Assembly: GCA_027717655.1 (NCBI GenBank)
Contig: JALLOH010000005.1
Location: 284-64,283 of the forward strand
Direction: 5' to 3'
Length of the DNA: 64,000 bases
From: Acidobacteriia bacterium AH_259_A11_L15
GTDB lineage: Bacteria; Acidobacteriota; Terriglobia; Acidiferrales; 2-02-FULL-67-57
Shown here: positions 9,567 to 17,945 of the stretch, piece by piece
Layout: each line of letters starts with the position of its first letter
How positions within the stretch are numbered: the stretch's first letter is position 1
Notes under the pieces: model-generated
What the model saw: the letters and a program-made list of their open reading frames with translations, nothing else
What the model was told of the DNA's origin: nothing
The model's database searches: none
Translations under genes and position numbers: made by a program

Positions 9567-9617
9567 ACTGGATCGCCGGGCTCGCTCCTTACCCGATTCA
9601 ACCAATCAACGATTCAA

Positions 9618-10493
9618 CTATCCGACTGCTTTGAGTTCCCGCACCAACTGCGCCGCCGCTTCCAGCCCCGCCTCCCCGTGCCCGGCCTTCTCGCAACATT
9701 CTATCAAGGCGCTGCCCACCACCACCCCGTCGGCAATCCGTTCCAAGGCCGCCACCTGCTCGCGCCGGGCGATGCCAAAGCCCACCGCCACCGGCAGACG
9801 CGTCAGCCGCCGCAGCCGCTTGACCTGCGCCCGGATTTCTCCGCTCACCTCCGTCCGCGCTCCCGTGATGCCCCGCCGGGCGATTAGATAGATGAAGCCG
9901 CGCGAGAGCCGCGCGAGCGCCCGCAACCGCTGCTTGGTCGAAGTCGGCGCCGCCAGGAACACCGTGTCCAGCCCCTGCCGCCTGGCCGCGCCCACAAACG
10001 GCCGCGCTTCCTCCGGGGTCAAATCGGTGATCAACACCCCGTTGATGCCCGCGGCGGCAGCGCGCTCGGCGAAGCGCTCCGCCCCCATCTGCAGCACCGG
10101 GTTGTAGTAGCTGAAGAGCACCAGCGGGACGGGAGTCTTCCGCCGCAGCCGCCGCGCCAGCTTCAGCACCTCGGACAACGTTGTCCCGGCTTTCAGCGCC
10201 CGCTCGCTCGCCCGCTGGATGACCGGGCCGTCGGCGATGGGGTCGGAGAAGGGCACGCCCAGCTCGATCACGTCTGCCCCTGCTTCGGCCAGCCGCACCA
10301 CCAAGTGCTCGGTGAACTTCAGGTCGGGGTCGCCCGCCGTTACGTAGGCCACCAGCGGCAAGGGCTGGCGCCGCCGGCGGCGAAACGCCGCCCGCAGCCG
10401 CCCCCGGGTTGGGGCGCGCTCGTTTGTCCTCGCCGCCCGGCGAGCGCGGCTGGCGCGCTTCCCTCGCTTCCGGGGTTTCTTCTTTCGGGCCAT
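9618..10493 (-). CDS. trpA: Tryptophan synthase alpha chain (with a polybasic N-terminal extension)
   Basis: YVTAGDPD, ELGVPFSDPIADGPVIQ, GFGI. The first 30 or so aa are MARKKKPRKRGKRASRARRAAR. Confidence 0.9.
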   Translation of the reverse strand: MARKKKPRKRGKRASRARRAARTNERAPTRGRLRAAFRRRRRQPLPLVAYVTAGDPDLKFTEHLVVRLAEAGADVIELGVPFSDPIADGPVIQRASERALKAGTTLSEVLKLARRLRRKTPVPLVLFSYYNPVLQMGAERFAERAAAAGINGVLITDLTPEEARPFVGAARRQGLDTVFLAAPTSTKQRLRALARLSRGFIYLIARRGITGARTEVSGEIRAQVKRLRRLTRLPVAVGFGIARREQVAALERIADGVVVGSALIECCEKAGHGEAGLEAAAQLVRELKAVG

Positions 10494-10497
10494 AACC

Positions 10498-11781
10498 TCA
10501 CGCTTGCCCGGCTTGACCGCCGCGGCCCGGCGGAAGCGTCTTGGCCAGGATGTCCATATCCTTGTCGCCGCGGCCCGACAGGTTCACCACTACGATTTCC
10601 TTCGGGCGCATCTTCGGAGCCCGCTTGAGCAGCTCGGCCAGGGCGTGCGCCGGCTCGAGCGCCGGGATGATGCCTTCCTGCCGGGCCAGCACCCGCGCTG
10701 CTTCCAGGGCTTCTTCGTCGCTCACCGCGGTGTACTCGACCCGGCCCCGCTCGCGCAGGTAGGCATGCTCGGGACCCACGGCCGGGTAGTCCAGACCTGC
10801 GGAGACGGAATGGGTGGTCGAGATCTGCCCGTGCTTGTCCTGAAGGACGTAGGTATAGGTCCCGTGCAGCACGCCGGGCCGGGCCCGCCCGCCGGAGCCT
10901 TGGCGTAGGCGGGAACCGTCGCCCGATCCGGGTGAGCTCAACCGCGCCGCGTGCTGGCCCAGCTCGGGGCCGCGCCCGCCCGCTTCCACCGCGATCATCT
11001 TTACTCTGCGGTCGCGCAAGAAGTCGTAGAACAGCCCGATGGCATTCGAGCCCCCGCCCACGCAGGCGAAGAGAGAATCCGGCAGGCGCTTCTCGGCGCG
11101 CAGGATTTGCTGCCGCGTCTCCCAGCCGATGACCGACTGGAAGTTGCGCACCATCATCGGGTAGGGATGGGCCCCGCAGACCGAGCCCAGCAGGTAGTGG
11201 GTGCTCTCGACGTTCGTCACCCAGTCGCGCATGGCCTCGTTGATGGCGTCTTTCAACGTCCGGCTGCCGGAAGCCACCGGAACCACTTCGGCGCCCAGCA
11301 ACTGCATTCGAAAAACGTTCAGGCGCTGCCGGGCCATGTCTTTTTCCCCCATATACACCGTGCAGACCAAGCCGAGGTGCGCCGCCACCGTGGCGGTGGC
11401 CACGCCGTGCTGCCCCGCCCCGGTCTCGGCGATCAGCCGCCGCTTGCCCATCCGCACTGCCAGCAAACCCTGGCCCAGGCAGTTGTTGATCTTGTGCGCG
11501 CCGGTGTGCAGCAGGTCTTCGCGCTTCAAGTAGATGCGCGCTCCGCCCAGGTGGCGAGTCAACCCCTCGGCGAAGTAGAGCGGCGTGGGCCGCCCGGCAA
11601 AGTCCCGCAGCAACCCCACCAGCGCCCGGCGGAAGCCGCGGTCGCTGCGCGCCCGCCGGTAGGCGCGCTCCAGTTCCTCCAGCGGCGCCATCAGCGTCTC
11701 GGGCACGAACCGGCCCCCGTAGGCGCCGAAGTGCCCGCGGGCATCGGGGAGAGTGGCTCCGGCCAGCCGCGCCATCCTCAC
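10498..11781 (-). CDS. trpB: Tryptophan synthase beta chain
   Basis: [32 protein letters not shown]. Has a Gly/Ser/Arg-rich insertion of about 15 aa ([19 protein letters not shown]) and a short C-terminal tail. Confidence 0.95.
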   Translation of the reverse strand: MRMARLAGATLPDARGHFGAYGGRFVPETLMAPLEELERAYRRARSDRGFRRALVGLLRDFAGRPTPLYFAEGLTRHLGGARIYLKREDLLHTGAHKINNCLGQGLLAVRMGKRRLIAETGAGQHGVATATVAAHLGLVCTVYMGEKDMARQRLNVFRMQLLGAEVVPVASGSRTLKDAINEAMRDWVTNVESTHYLLGSVCGAHPYPMMVRNFQSVIGWETRQQILRAEKRLPDSLFACVGGGSNAIGLFYDFLRDRRVKMIAVEAGGRGPELGQHAARLSSPGSGDGSRLRQGSGGRARPGVLHGTYTYVLQDKHGQISTTHSVSAGLDYPAVGPEHAYLRERGRVEYTAVSDEEALEAARVLARQEGIIPALEPAHALAELLKRAPKMRPKEIVVVNLSGRGDKDMDILAKTLPPGRGGQAGQA

Positions 11782-12209
11782 TCGCTCCCCTCGGGCGCGC
11801 GCCCCAGCCAGCGCAGGTAGTTCACCACGTCCCAGCGCTGGTGCTCGCTCAATTGCTTCTCGAATGCGGGCATTTGCTCTCGACCTCTGCTGATCTTCCA
11901 GAAAATCTCTCCGTCGCTCATCCCGCGCATCTTCTCCGGGTCGGTCAGGTCGGAGGGCGTCTCGGGCAGTTGCTCCACCCAGGGGCCGTCGCCGTGGCCC
12001 TCCGGGCCGTGGCAGAGGTAGCAGTTGCCCCGGTAGAGCATCCGCCCGCGCTCGACCGAACTCTCGCTGGCCTCCACCGGGTTCTGGCGGCTCCTCGCCT
12101 CCGGCGGGGCTGACCAGGAATCTTTCGGCTCCTCCGTGGTTCCCTGCCCCGACATACAGGCGCTCGCCAGAAGAAAGACCGCCAGCACCGGCAGCGCCGC
12201 CCGCCTCAA
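11778..12209 (-). CDS. Class I c-type cytochrome (secreted or lipoprotein)
   Basis: 143 aa with a signal/lipobox-like N-terminus (LLASACMSG) and a single CYLCHG haem-binding motif with a downstream Met. 4-nt overlaps with both trpF and trpB. Confidence 0.75.
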   Translation of the reverse strand: MRRAALPVLAVFLLASACMSGQGTTEEPKDSWSAPPEARSRQNPVEASESSVERGRMLYRGNCYLCHGPEGHGDGPWVEQLPETPSDLTDPEKMRGMSDGEIFWKISRGREQMPAFEKQLSEHQRWDVVNYLRWLGRAPEGSE

Positions 12210-12836
12210 GCCCGAACTCCTTTGGCCCGACGGATGAACGCCCGCAGGCGGTCGTGGTTCTTGACTCCCGGCTTCTCTTCCACCCCGGTGCAGACGTCCA
12301 CTCCGTAGGGGCGGCCCTGGCGAATGGCCTCGACCACGTTCTCCGCGGTCAGTCCGCCGGCCAGCAGGATGGGCGCGTAGCGCCCGGCCCGTTGCGCCAC
12401 TCGCCAGTCGAAACTCTGCCCCGTGCCGCCCTGCCGGCCTTTGACTGAGGCGTCGAGGAGGAACACCTGCGCTCCGGCATACTCACGGAGCAAGCGGGGC
12501 TGGAAGCCCCGCCCCACGCGAACCGCCTTGAGCACGGTAAAGCCCGCGGCGGCCAGCGCCGCCACCGCGTCCGGGGTTTCGTCGCCATGCAACTGCACCG
12601 CTCCCACGCCCCCCCCGGCGCGCCCGCCGCTCCACTCCGGGGGGCGCTTCGTTCACGAACACCCCTACCGGGGTGACGAAGGGCGGCAGGTGGGCGACAA
12701 TTTCGGCCGCCCGCTGCGGCTCGATGTAGCGGGAGCTGCCCGGCCAGAAGTTGAACCCCAGCGCGTCGGCCCCGGCCGTCACCGCCACCAGCGCATCTTC
12801 CAGGTTAGTGAGGCCGCAGACCTTGACGCGGACCAT
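12206..12836 (-). pseudogene. trpF: Phosphoribosylanthranilate isomerase, interrupted by a +1 frameshift in a G8 run
   Basis: N-terminal part [10 protein letters not shown]...VGVFVNE (ORF 12483-12836) and C-terminal part VQLHGDE...GGLTAENV...GVDVCTGVE (ORF 12206-12607) lie in different frames. They join at a C8 run on the plus strand (12609-12616). Removing one base restores ...[14 protein letters not shown]. Confidence 0.85.
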
Positions 12837-13646
12837 CTACGCCTCTCGCGCCAGCAGCCGCGCCAGCGCCTGGGCGGGCTCGGGTGACTCCATCAGGAAT
12901 TCGCCCACCAGGAAGGCATCAAACCCCGCCGCTCGCAGCCGCCGGAGCTCTTCCGCCGAGCGCAAGCCGCTCTCGCTGACCGCCACCCGGTCGTCGGGAA
13001 TGCGCTCGATCAACTCGAGCGAGGTCTCCAGGCGCACCTCAAATGTCTTCAGGTTGCGGTTGTTGACCCCGAAGAGCTCCGCTCCGGCCGCCAGCGCCCG
13101 CTCCAGCTCTTCGGCGGTGTGCACTTCCACCAGCGCCGCCATGCCCAGCTCTCGGCCGAACCGGACCAGCGCGCGCAGGTCCTCCCCGGAGAGGATGGCC
13201 GCGATGAGCAGAAAGGCATCGGCGCCGGCGGCGCGGGCTTCGAGCACTTGATAGCGGTCGAAGAGAAAATCCTTGCGCAACACGGGCAGGCCCGTGACCT
13301 GGCGCGCCACTTGCAGCTCCTCCAACCCCCCCTGGAAAAACTCCGGCTCGGTCAGCACCGAAAGCGCCGCCGCCCCGGCGGCTTCCAGCTCCGGGGCCAG
13401 CGCGGCCGGGTTGTAGGCCTGCCGCAAGAGGCCGCGGGACGGCGAGGCCTTTTTCAGCTCGGCGATGACGTTGATGGCGTCCCGCTCCAGCGCAGCGCGG
13501 AAGTCGCGCACGGGCGGCGCCGCCGCGGCGCGCTCTTCCAGCTGGCTGAGCGGCGTGGCCTGCCGGGCCTGCTCGAGCGACCGACGACGAGCGACCACGA
13601 TGCGCTCCAGAAGGTCGGCGGTCCTGGCTTGGGATGGAGTAGGCAC
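12837..13646 (-). CDS. trpC: Indole-3-glycerol-phosphate synthase
   Basis: IAELKKASPS, LSVLTEPEFFQG, LRKDF, GVNNRNL. The ORF extends to a TTG at 13706, but a GTG at 13646 with an upstream GGGGAAG fits TrpC N-termini better. Confidence 0.9.
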   Translation of the reverse strand: MPTPSQARTADLLERIVVARRRSLEQARQATPLSQLEERAAAAPPVRDFRAALERDAINVIAELKKASPSRGLLRQAYNPAALAPELEAAGAAALSVLTEPEFFQGGLEELQVARQVTGLPVLRKDFLFDRYQVLEARAAGADAFLLIAAILSGEDLRALVRFGRELGMAALVEVHTAEELERALAAGAELFGVNNRNLKTFEVRLETSLELIERIPDDRVAVSESGLRSAEELRRLRAAGFDAFLVGEFLMESPEPAQALARLLAREA

Positions 13647-13712
13647 AGTCGCTTCCCCGCTAAAAAGACAAACTCGTATGCTATCGGCAGCCTGCGGGCA
13701 AGTCAACGCAGC

Positions 13713-13742
13713 TTGACCCCCGGCGGCAAGCTACGCTATAAA
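13713..13742 (+). promoter_or_regulatory. Putative sigma70-type promoter for tRNA-Glu
   Basis: TTGACC (13713-18), 18-nt spacer, TATAAA (13737-42), about 45 nt upstream of the tRNA. Confidence 0.4.
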
Positions 13743-13788
13743 AGAAACGCCGTAACAGGGCAGCTCCCGGAAGCTGTCTTCTTTTTTA

Positions 13789-13863
13789 GGCGGTATCGTC
13801 TAGGGGTTAGGACGCCAGATTCTCAATCTGGAAACCCGGGTTCGATTCCCGGTACCGCTACCA
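13789..13863 (+). tRNA. tRNA-Glu (anticodon CUC)
   Basis: Hand-folded cloverleaf. Acceptor GGCGGTA/TACCGCT (G1-U72 wobble), D arm GTCT..GGAC, anticodon stem CCAGA/TCTGG with loop TTCTCAA, T arm CCGGG-TTCGATT-CCCGG, discriminator A and an encoded CCA. Confidence 0.9.
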
Positions 13864-13879
13864 CGACTTTCCCTTCGCG

Positions 13880-14259
13880 ATGAGGGACTCGGATTGGCGG
13901 CCGGAACGGCTCTATGAGGTCCGGTTTGGCCCGGCCGAACGCAAGCACAAGGAAGCCCTGTGGAAGGTTCTCTGCTCCCGCTTCCTCCAGGAATACGTCT
14001 CGCGGGAAACGATGGTGGCCACGCTACTGGCGAATACTGGGACTATTTCGACCACTACCTCGCCCTCAGCCACCGGAGCATGGAAGAAATCCTCCGCGCC
14101 ACAGGGTTCCGAATCCTCCGGCTGATCCCCCGCTTTCTCCCCTATTCGACCCGGAGTCGGCTGGCGAGCTACCCGTTTCTCTTGCACCTCTACCTATCGC
14201 TTCCCTTTCTTCGCTACCTCTTTGGCAAACAAATGTTCGTGCTGGCCGAGAAATTGTAG
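13880..14259 (+). pseudogene. Remnant of a class I SAM-dependent methyltransferase (internal deletion plus frame change)
   Basis: An N-terminal-like piece (ERKHKEALWKVLCSRFLQEYV) in one frame and a C-terminal-like piece (EYWDYFDHYLALSHRSMEEILRATGFRI...PRFLPYSTRS...GKQMFVLAEKL) in another frame lie only about 30 nt apart. The roughly 130-aa SAM-binding core is missing. Confidence 0.6.
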
Positions 14260-14265
14260 AACGGC

Positions 14266-15021
14266 TCATTCCCGTGCTCCGGCACGCCGCGGCCGCCGGC
14301 CGAACCAGCGATGCCACACGGCGTACAAATACCAGCGGAGGTAATGCGGAATCCAGCCCAGCAGGCGAAAGCGGGACCTCCCCGCCGTGCGCTCCCGCCA
14401 CACGCAGGGCACCTCGCTAATCCGATAGCCAGCCAGAAAAGCCTTCACGCAAAGCTCCAGGCTGATCTCAAATCCCGCCCGGCTCTCAATCGGAAGCGAA
14501 CGCAAAAGAGACGCGCGGTACATCTTGAAGGAATTGGTCGCATCCCGGGTGGGGAGGCCGCTCAAGTAATGAAGGCTGATCCCCGCCACCCGGGAAAGCC
14601 ACTTCTTCAGGACCGGGCCGCCGATCTGCTGGCCGCCGGGCGAGTAGCGAGAACCGCAGACCAGGTCGCTCCCGGCGCAGAAGTGTTCGTACATTCGCGG
14701 CAGCACGGAAAGGTCGTCGGAACCATCGCCCATCAACACCACCACCCCGTCCCCCCGGGCCTCGGCAAAACCCGTCCGCAGGGCGTTGAGCGCTCCAGAG
14801 CCGAATTGATTCTTGACCGCTCGCAGGCGGGAAAACTTCCCGGCAAGCTCTTGCACCACCGGGAGAGTATCGTCCTCCTCGAAGTCATAGACGACGAGCA
14901 CTTCGAAAGGAAACTTCGCGGCGGCCACTACCGCCTCCAGCAACCGCCGGAAACTCGCGCCTTCGTTGTAGACAGGGATGACCACAGACAGGGAGGGAAG
15001 CGGGGAGGCAGCTGCGTCCAC
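14266..15021 (-). CDS. Family 2 glycosyltransferase (polyprenol-phosphate sugar transferase-like)
   Basis: LSVVIPVYNEG, DDTLPV, MGDGSDD (DxD-type motif). Confidence 0.8.
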   Translation of the reverse strand: MDAAASPLPSLSVVIPVYNEGASFRRLLEAVVAAAKFPFEVLVVYDFEEDDTLPVVQELAGKFSRLRAVKNQFGSGALNALRTGFAEARGDGVVVLMGDGSDDLSVLPRMYEHFCAGSDLVCGSRYSPGGQQIGGPVLKKWLSRVAGISLHYLSGLPTRDATNSFKMYRASLLRSLPIESRAGFEISLELCVKAFLAGYRISEVPCVWRERTAGRSRFRLLGWIPHYLRWYLYAVWHRWFGRRPRRAGARE

Positions 15022-15287
15022 TGGGGGGCGTCCGCTATTCGGTTTCCTTCAGCACATAGATCAGCTTGCCGACGCCAAAAAGATTCCAGATGTCGCACAC
15101 GAAAGCATCCGCGGCGACCAACACAAGGCCGCTGGCGGTTAGGGTGCGCAGGTTCGAAGAGCGGAACACCGGCTTGGCGGAGTCGCAGCCTAGCAGAGCC
15201 GCCCGCCCCAATCAATAGGAGGCGCTTCCCGGCCGGCACCTTGGGCGGCCGCGCTCGGCTTCGCCGGGAGGGAGGCTCGGAAGCGAG

Positions 15288-15788
15288 TTACATCGTGCGC
15301 TTGGGGAGGGGGCCGCTGCCGCCGCCGCTCTTAGGCAGGGTCACCAGCTGGCTCACCCAGGAAGACATCTGCTGTTCGTTGCGCACCAGGTCCTTGAGGG
15401 TGATCTTGTCGAGCACCTGGTCGAGGGCGACCTGCATCACCCGCCAGACGGAGCGGATGGAGCAGTCGACCGAGTGGGTGCAGATGATCTCCTCGCCCGG
15501 GTAGCGGTCGCAGAAGTCCGACTCGTACAGGCGGCCGCCCAGCCAGGCGAGCACTGGCCCGAGCACGATCTCTTCCGGGGGCCGCGAGATCGTGTAGCCG
15601 CCCACCTTGCCCCGCAGACTCTGCACGAAGCCGCCGCGGCGCAGCAGGCGAAGGAGCTTGGCCGCGTAGGCCTCCGAGATGCGCTCCGCCTGGCTGATTT
15701 CGGGGATGGTTCGGCTGCCGGCCTCGCCCGCGCGAGCGATGCGTAACAGGCAACGCAACCCGTATTCTTCCTGGGCGCTAAGTTTCAT
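15288..15788 (-). CDS. Rrf2-family transcriptional regulator (IscR/SufR-like, Cys-containing)
   Basis: MKLSAQEEYGLRCLLRIA...ISQAERISEAYAAKLLRLLRRGGFVQSLRGKVGGY is the Rrf2 winged-HTH pattern. Cys cluster C-x9-C-x5-C (CDRYPGEEIICTHSVDC). Last gene of the suf operon. Confidence 0.85.
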   Translation of the reverse strand: MKLSAQEEYGLRCLLRIARAGEAGSRTIPEISQAERISEAYAAKLLRLLRRGGFVQSLRGKVGGYTISRPPEEIVLGPVLAWLGGRLYESDFCDRYPGEEIICTHSVDCSIRSVWRVMQVALDQVLDKITLKDLVRNEQQMSSWVSQLVTLPKSGGGSGPLPKRTM

Positions 15789-15837
15789 GGCTGTCCTCTC
15801 CGGCCCTTCTCCTTCCGCTTGGGGGGTGGGCTGCCGC

Positions 15838-16176
15838 CTACATCAACCCGAGCTGGAGCTTGGCCGCCTCCGACATTTTCTCCGGCCTCCAGGGCGGGTC
15901 CCAGACGACCTCTACCTTGGCGTTGGTCACCTCATTAATCATTCTCACACTGGACTCGACTTCTCCCGGTAAAGAACCGGCCGCCGGGCAATTCGGCGTG
16001 GTGAGTGTCATCTGGATGTTCACCTCGCCCGAAGGGTCGATCTTGATCTCATAGATCAAGCCGAGCTCATAAATGTTCACCGGGATCTCGGGGTCATAAC
16101 ACGCCTGCAGGGCCTCAATGACCTTCGCTTCCAGGGCCAGGCGCTCGACTTCGGTCATAGTTTTGTTTTCAGTCAT
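15838..16176 (-). CDS. SUF-associated DUF59/SufT-like Fe-S assembly protein
   Basis: 112 aa. CYDPEIPVNIYELGLIY...LTTPNCPAAG is the typical DUF59 (MIP18) pattern. Confidence 0.8.
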   Translation of the reverse strand: MTENKTMTEVERLALEAKVIEALQACYDPEIPVNIYELGLIYEIKIDPSGEVNIQMTLTTPNCPAAGSLPGEVESSVRMINEVTNAKVEVVWDPPWRPEKMSEAAKLQLGLM

Positions 16177-16230
16177 CGTCGTCTAAATGCAGCTTCCTCT
16201 CCCCTAGTCGCGGGATTGGAATGACAATCG

Positions 16231-16680
16231 CTACTCGGTGGAGACCACCTCCCGGTAGCCTTTCAGGGCGGCCTTCAGGGTATGCCAGGCCAGGGTGGCG
16301 CACTTGACGCGAATCGGGTAGTCGCGCACCCCGCCGAGGGCGGTCAGCTTGCCCAACTCGGGCGCGGCGGCATCTTCGTTCTCGCCGGTGACCAATCGGT
16401 GGAACTTCTCGAAGAGGGCTTGCGCTTGGGCCAGGGTCTTCCCTTTCAGGGTCTCGGTCATCAGGGAGGCGGAGGCGGTGGAGATGGCGCAGCCGGAGCC
16501 CTGGAAGCTGATGTCGCGCACGGTGTCGTCGTCGAGCTTCAGGTAGACGGTCACCTTGTCGCCGCAGAGCGGGTTGAAGCCCTGGGCGTCGTGGTCGGCG
16601 TCGGCCAAGGCGCGGAAGTTGCGCGGGCGCCGGCCGTGGTCGATGATCATCTCCTGGTAGAGCTCCCGCAAATCATTCAT
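16231..16680 (-). CDS. sufU: SufU/IscU-type sulfur-transfer scaffold protein
   Basis: MNDLRELYQEMIIDHGRRPRNF..NPLCGD..GSGCAIS..VKCATLAW. ATGA overlap with the sufS stop. This is only the last 149 aa of the 591-aa track ORF. Confidence 0.9.
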   Translation of the reverse strand: MNDLRELYQEMIIDHGRRPRNFRALADADHDAQGFNPLCGDKVTVYLKLDDDTVRDISFQGSGCAISTASASLMTETLKGKTLAQAQALFEKFHRLVTGENEDAAAPELGKLTALGGVRDYPIRVKCATLAWHTLKAALKGYREVVSTE

Positions 16681-17945
16681 CGGCCAAAAATCTCCGTGAC
16701 CTTGCGCAGACCGGCGGCCAGAGCGTCGAGCTCCTCGCGGGTGTTGTAGACGCCCAGCGAGGCGCGCGAGGTGGCCGGCACGCCGAAACGGTCCATCACC
16801 GGCTGGGCGCAATGGTGGCCGGTGCGCACGGCGATGCCTTCGCGGTCCAGGATGGTGCCCACGTCGTGCGGGTGGACGCCGGGCAGGTCGAAGGAAAGCA
16901 CCGCCGCCTTTTCCCTCGCCGTCCCGATCATCCGCAGACCGGGCACGCGGGAGAGCGCCCGGGTGCCGTAGTCCAGCAGTTCCTGCTCGTAGGCGGCGAT
17001 GTTCTCCCGCCCAAGCTCCTCCAGGTAATCCATCGCCGCCCCCAGGCCGATGGTGCCGGCGATGTTGGGGGTGCCGGCTTCGAACTTGAAGGGGAGCTCG
17101 TTGTAGAGGGTCTTCTCGAAAGTGACCGAGCGGATCATGTCGCCGCCCCCCTGGTAGGGCGGCATCTCCTCGAGCAGCTCGGCCTTGCCGTAGAGCACCC
17201 CGATGCCCGTGGGCGCGTACATCTTGTGTCCGGAGAGGGTAAAGAAGTCGCAGTCCAACTCCTGGACGTCGACCTTCAGGTGGGGGGCCGCCTGGGCGCC
17301 GTCGAGGACCACCGGGACGTTCCGGGCGTGGGCCATTCGGACCAGCTCCCGCACCGGATTGATGGTGCCCAGGGCGTTCGAGACGTAGGCCAGCGAGACC
17401 ACGCGGGTGCGAGGCCCCAGCAGCTTCTCGAACTCCTCCACGATCAATTCCCCGGCGTCGTTGATGGGCGCCACCCGCAGCCGGGCGCCGGTCTCCTGGC
17501 AAAGAATCTGCCAGGGGACAATGTTGGAGTGGTGCTCCATGTGGGTGATGAGCACTTCGTCGCCGGAGCGCAAGCGGGGGCGGGCGAAGCTGTGGGCCAC
17601 CAGGTTCAGGGCTTCGGTGGTGCCGCGTACGAAGAGTATCTCGCGGTTCTGGCGGGCGTTGAGGAAGCGGCGGGCTTTGCTGCGGGTGGCCTCGTAGTCC
17701 TCGGTGGCCTGCTGGCTCAGGTAATGGACGCCGCGGTGGATGTTGGAGCACTCCTCGAGGTAGAAGCGCTGCAGGGCGTCCATAACAGCCTGGGGCTTCT
17801 GGGTAGTGGCGGCGTTGTCGAGATAGATGAGCGGATGCCCGTGCACCTGCTGGCGGAGGGCCGGGAAGTCCCGGCGCACTCGTTCGACGTCGTAGGCCGC
17901 CGCGGTCGCCGGCGTGGTGGCGTTGCGCGCAATTCCCGTGCTCAT
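16677..17945 (-). CDS. sufS: Cysteine desulfurase, SufS subfamily
   Basis: IYLDNAATTQKP, HRGVH, SGHKMYAPTGIG (PLP Lys), RTGHHCAQP (catalytic Cys). Confidence 0.95.
   Translation of the reverse strand: MSTGIARNATTPATAAAYDVERVRRDFPALRQQVHGHPLIYLDNAATTQKPQAVMDALQRFYLEECSNIHRGVHYLSQQATEDYEATRSKARRFLNARQNREILFVRGTTEALNLVAHSFARPRLRSGDEVLITHMEHHSNIVPWQILCQETGARLRVAPINDAGELIVEEFEKLLGPRTRVVSLAYVSNALGTINPVRELVRMAHARNVPVVLDGAQAAPHLKVDVQELDCDFFTLSGHKMYAPTGIGVLYGKAELLEEMPPYQGGGDMIRSVTFEKTLYNELPFKFEAGTPNIAGTIGLGAAMDYLEELGRENIAAYEQELLDYGTRALSRVPGLRMIGTAREKAAVLSFDLPGVHPHDVGTILDREGIAVRTGHHCAQPVMDRFGVPATSRASLGVYNTREELDALAAGLRKVTEIFGR

Noticed and set aside
12206-12836. Treating ORFs 12483-12836 and 12206-12607 as two separate genes.
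   Set aside because: They are the N- and C-terminal halves of a single TrpF joined at a homopolymer, and neither half is a plausible stand-alone protein.
13758-13788. Hairpin (ggcagct-cccgg-aagctgtc) followed by a T-run just upstream of tRNA-Glu, considered as an intrinsic terminator.
   Set aside because: No plus-strand gene ends upstream of it. It lies between the predicted tRNA promoter and the tRNA, so it is more likely part of the pre-tRNA leader. The stem also contains a mismatch.
13864-15021. Prophage or integrative element next to tRNA-Glu.
   Set aside because: No integrase, excisionase or phage genes and no recognisable att repeat were seen. Only a decayed methyltransferase and a GT2 gene are present.
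15022-15287. Possible small membrane-protein ORF on the minus strand (...LTASGLVLVAADAFVCDIWNLFGVGKLIYVLKETE, stop near 15036) between the GT2 and Rrf2 genes.
   Set aside because: There is no ATG, GTG or TTG with an RBS at a sensible position, an upstream in-frame TGA limits it to about 55 codons, and there are no family motifs. It may be a gene remnant, but that cannot be supported.
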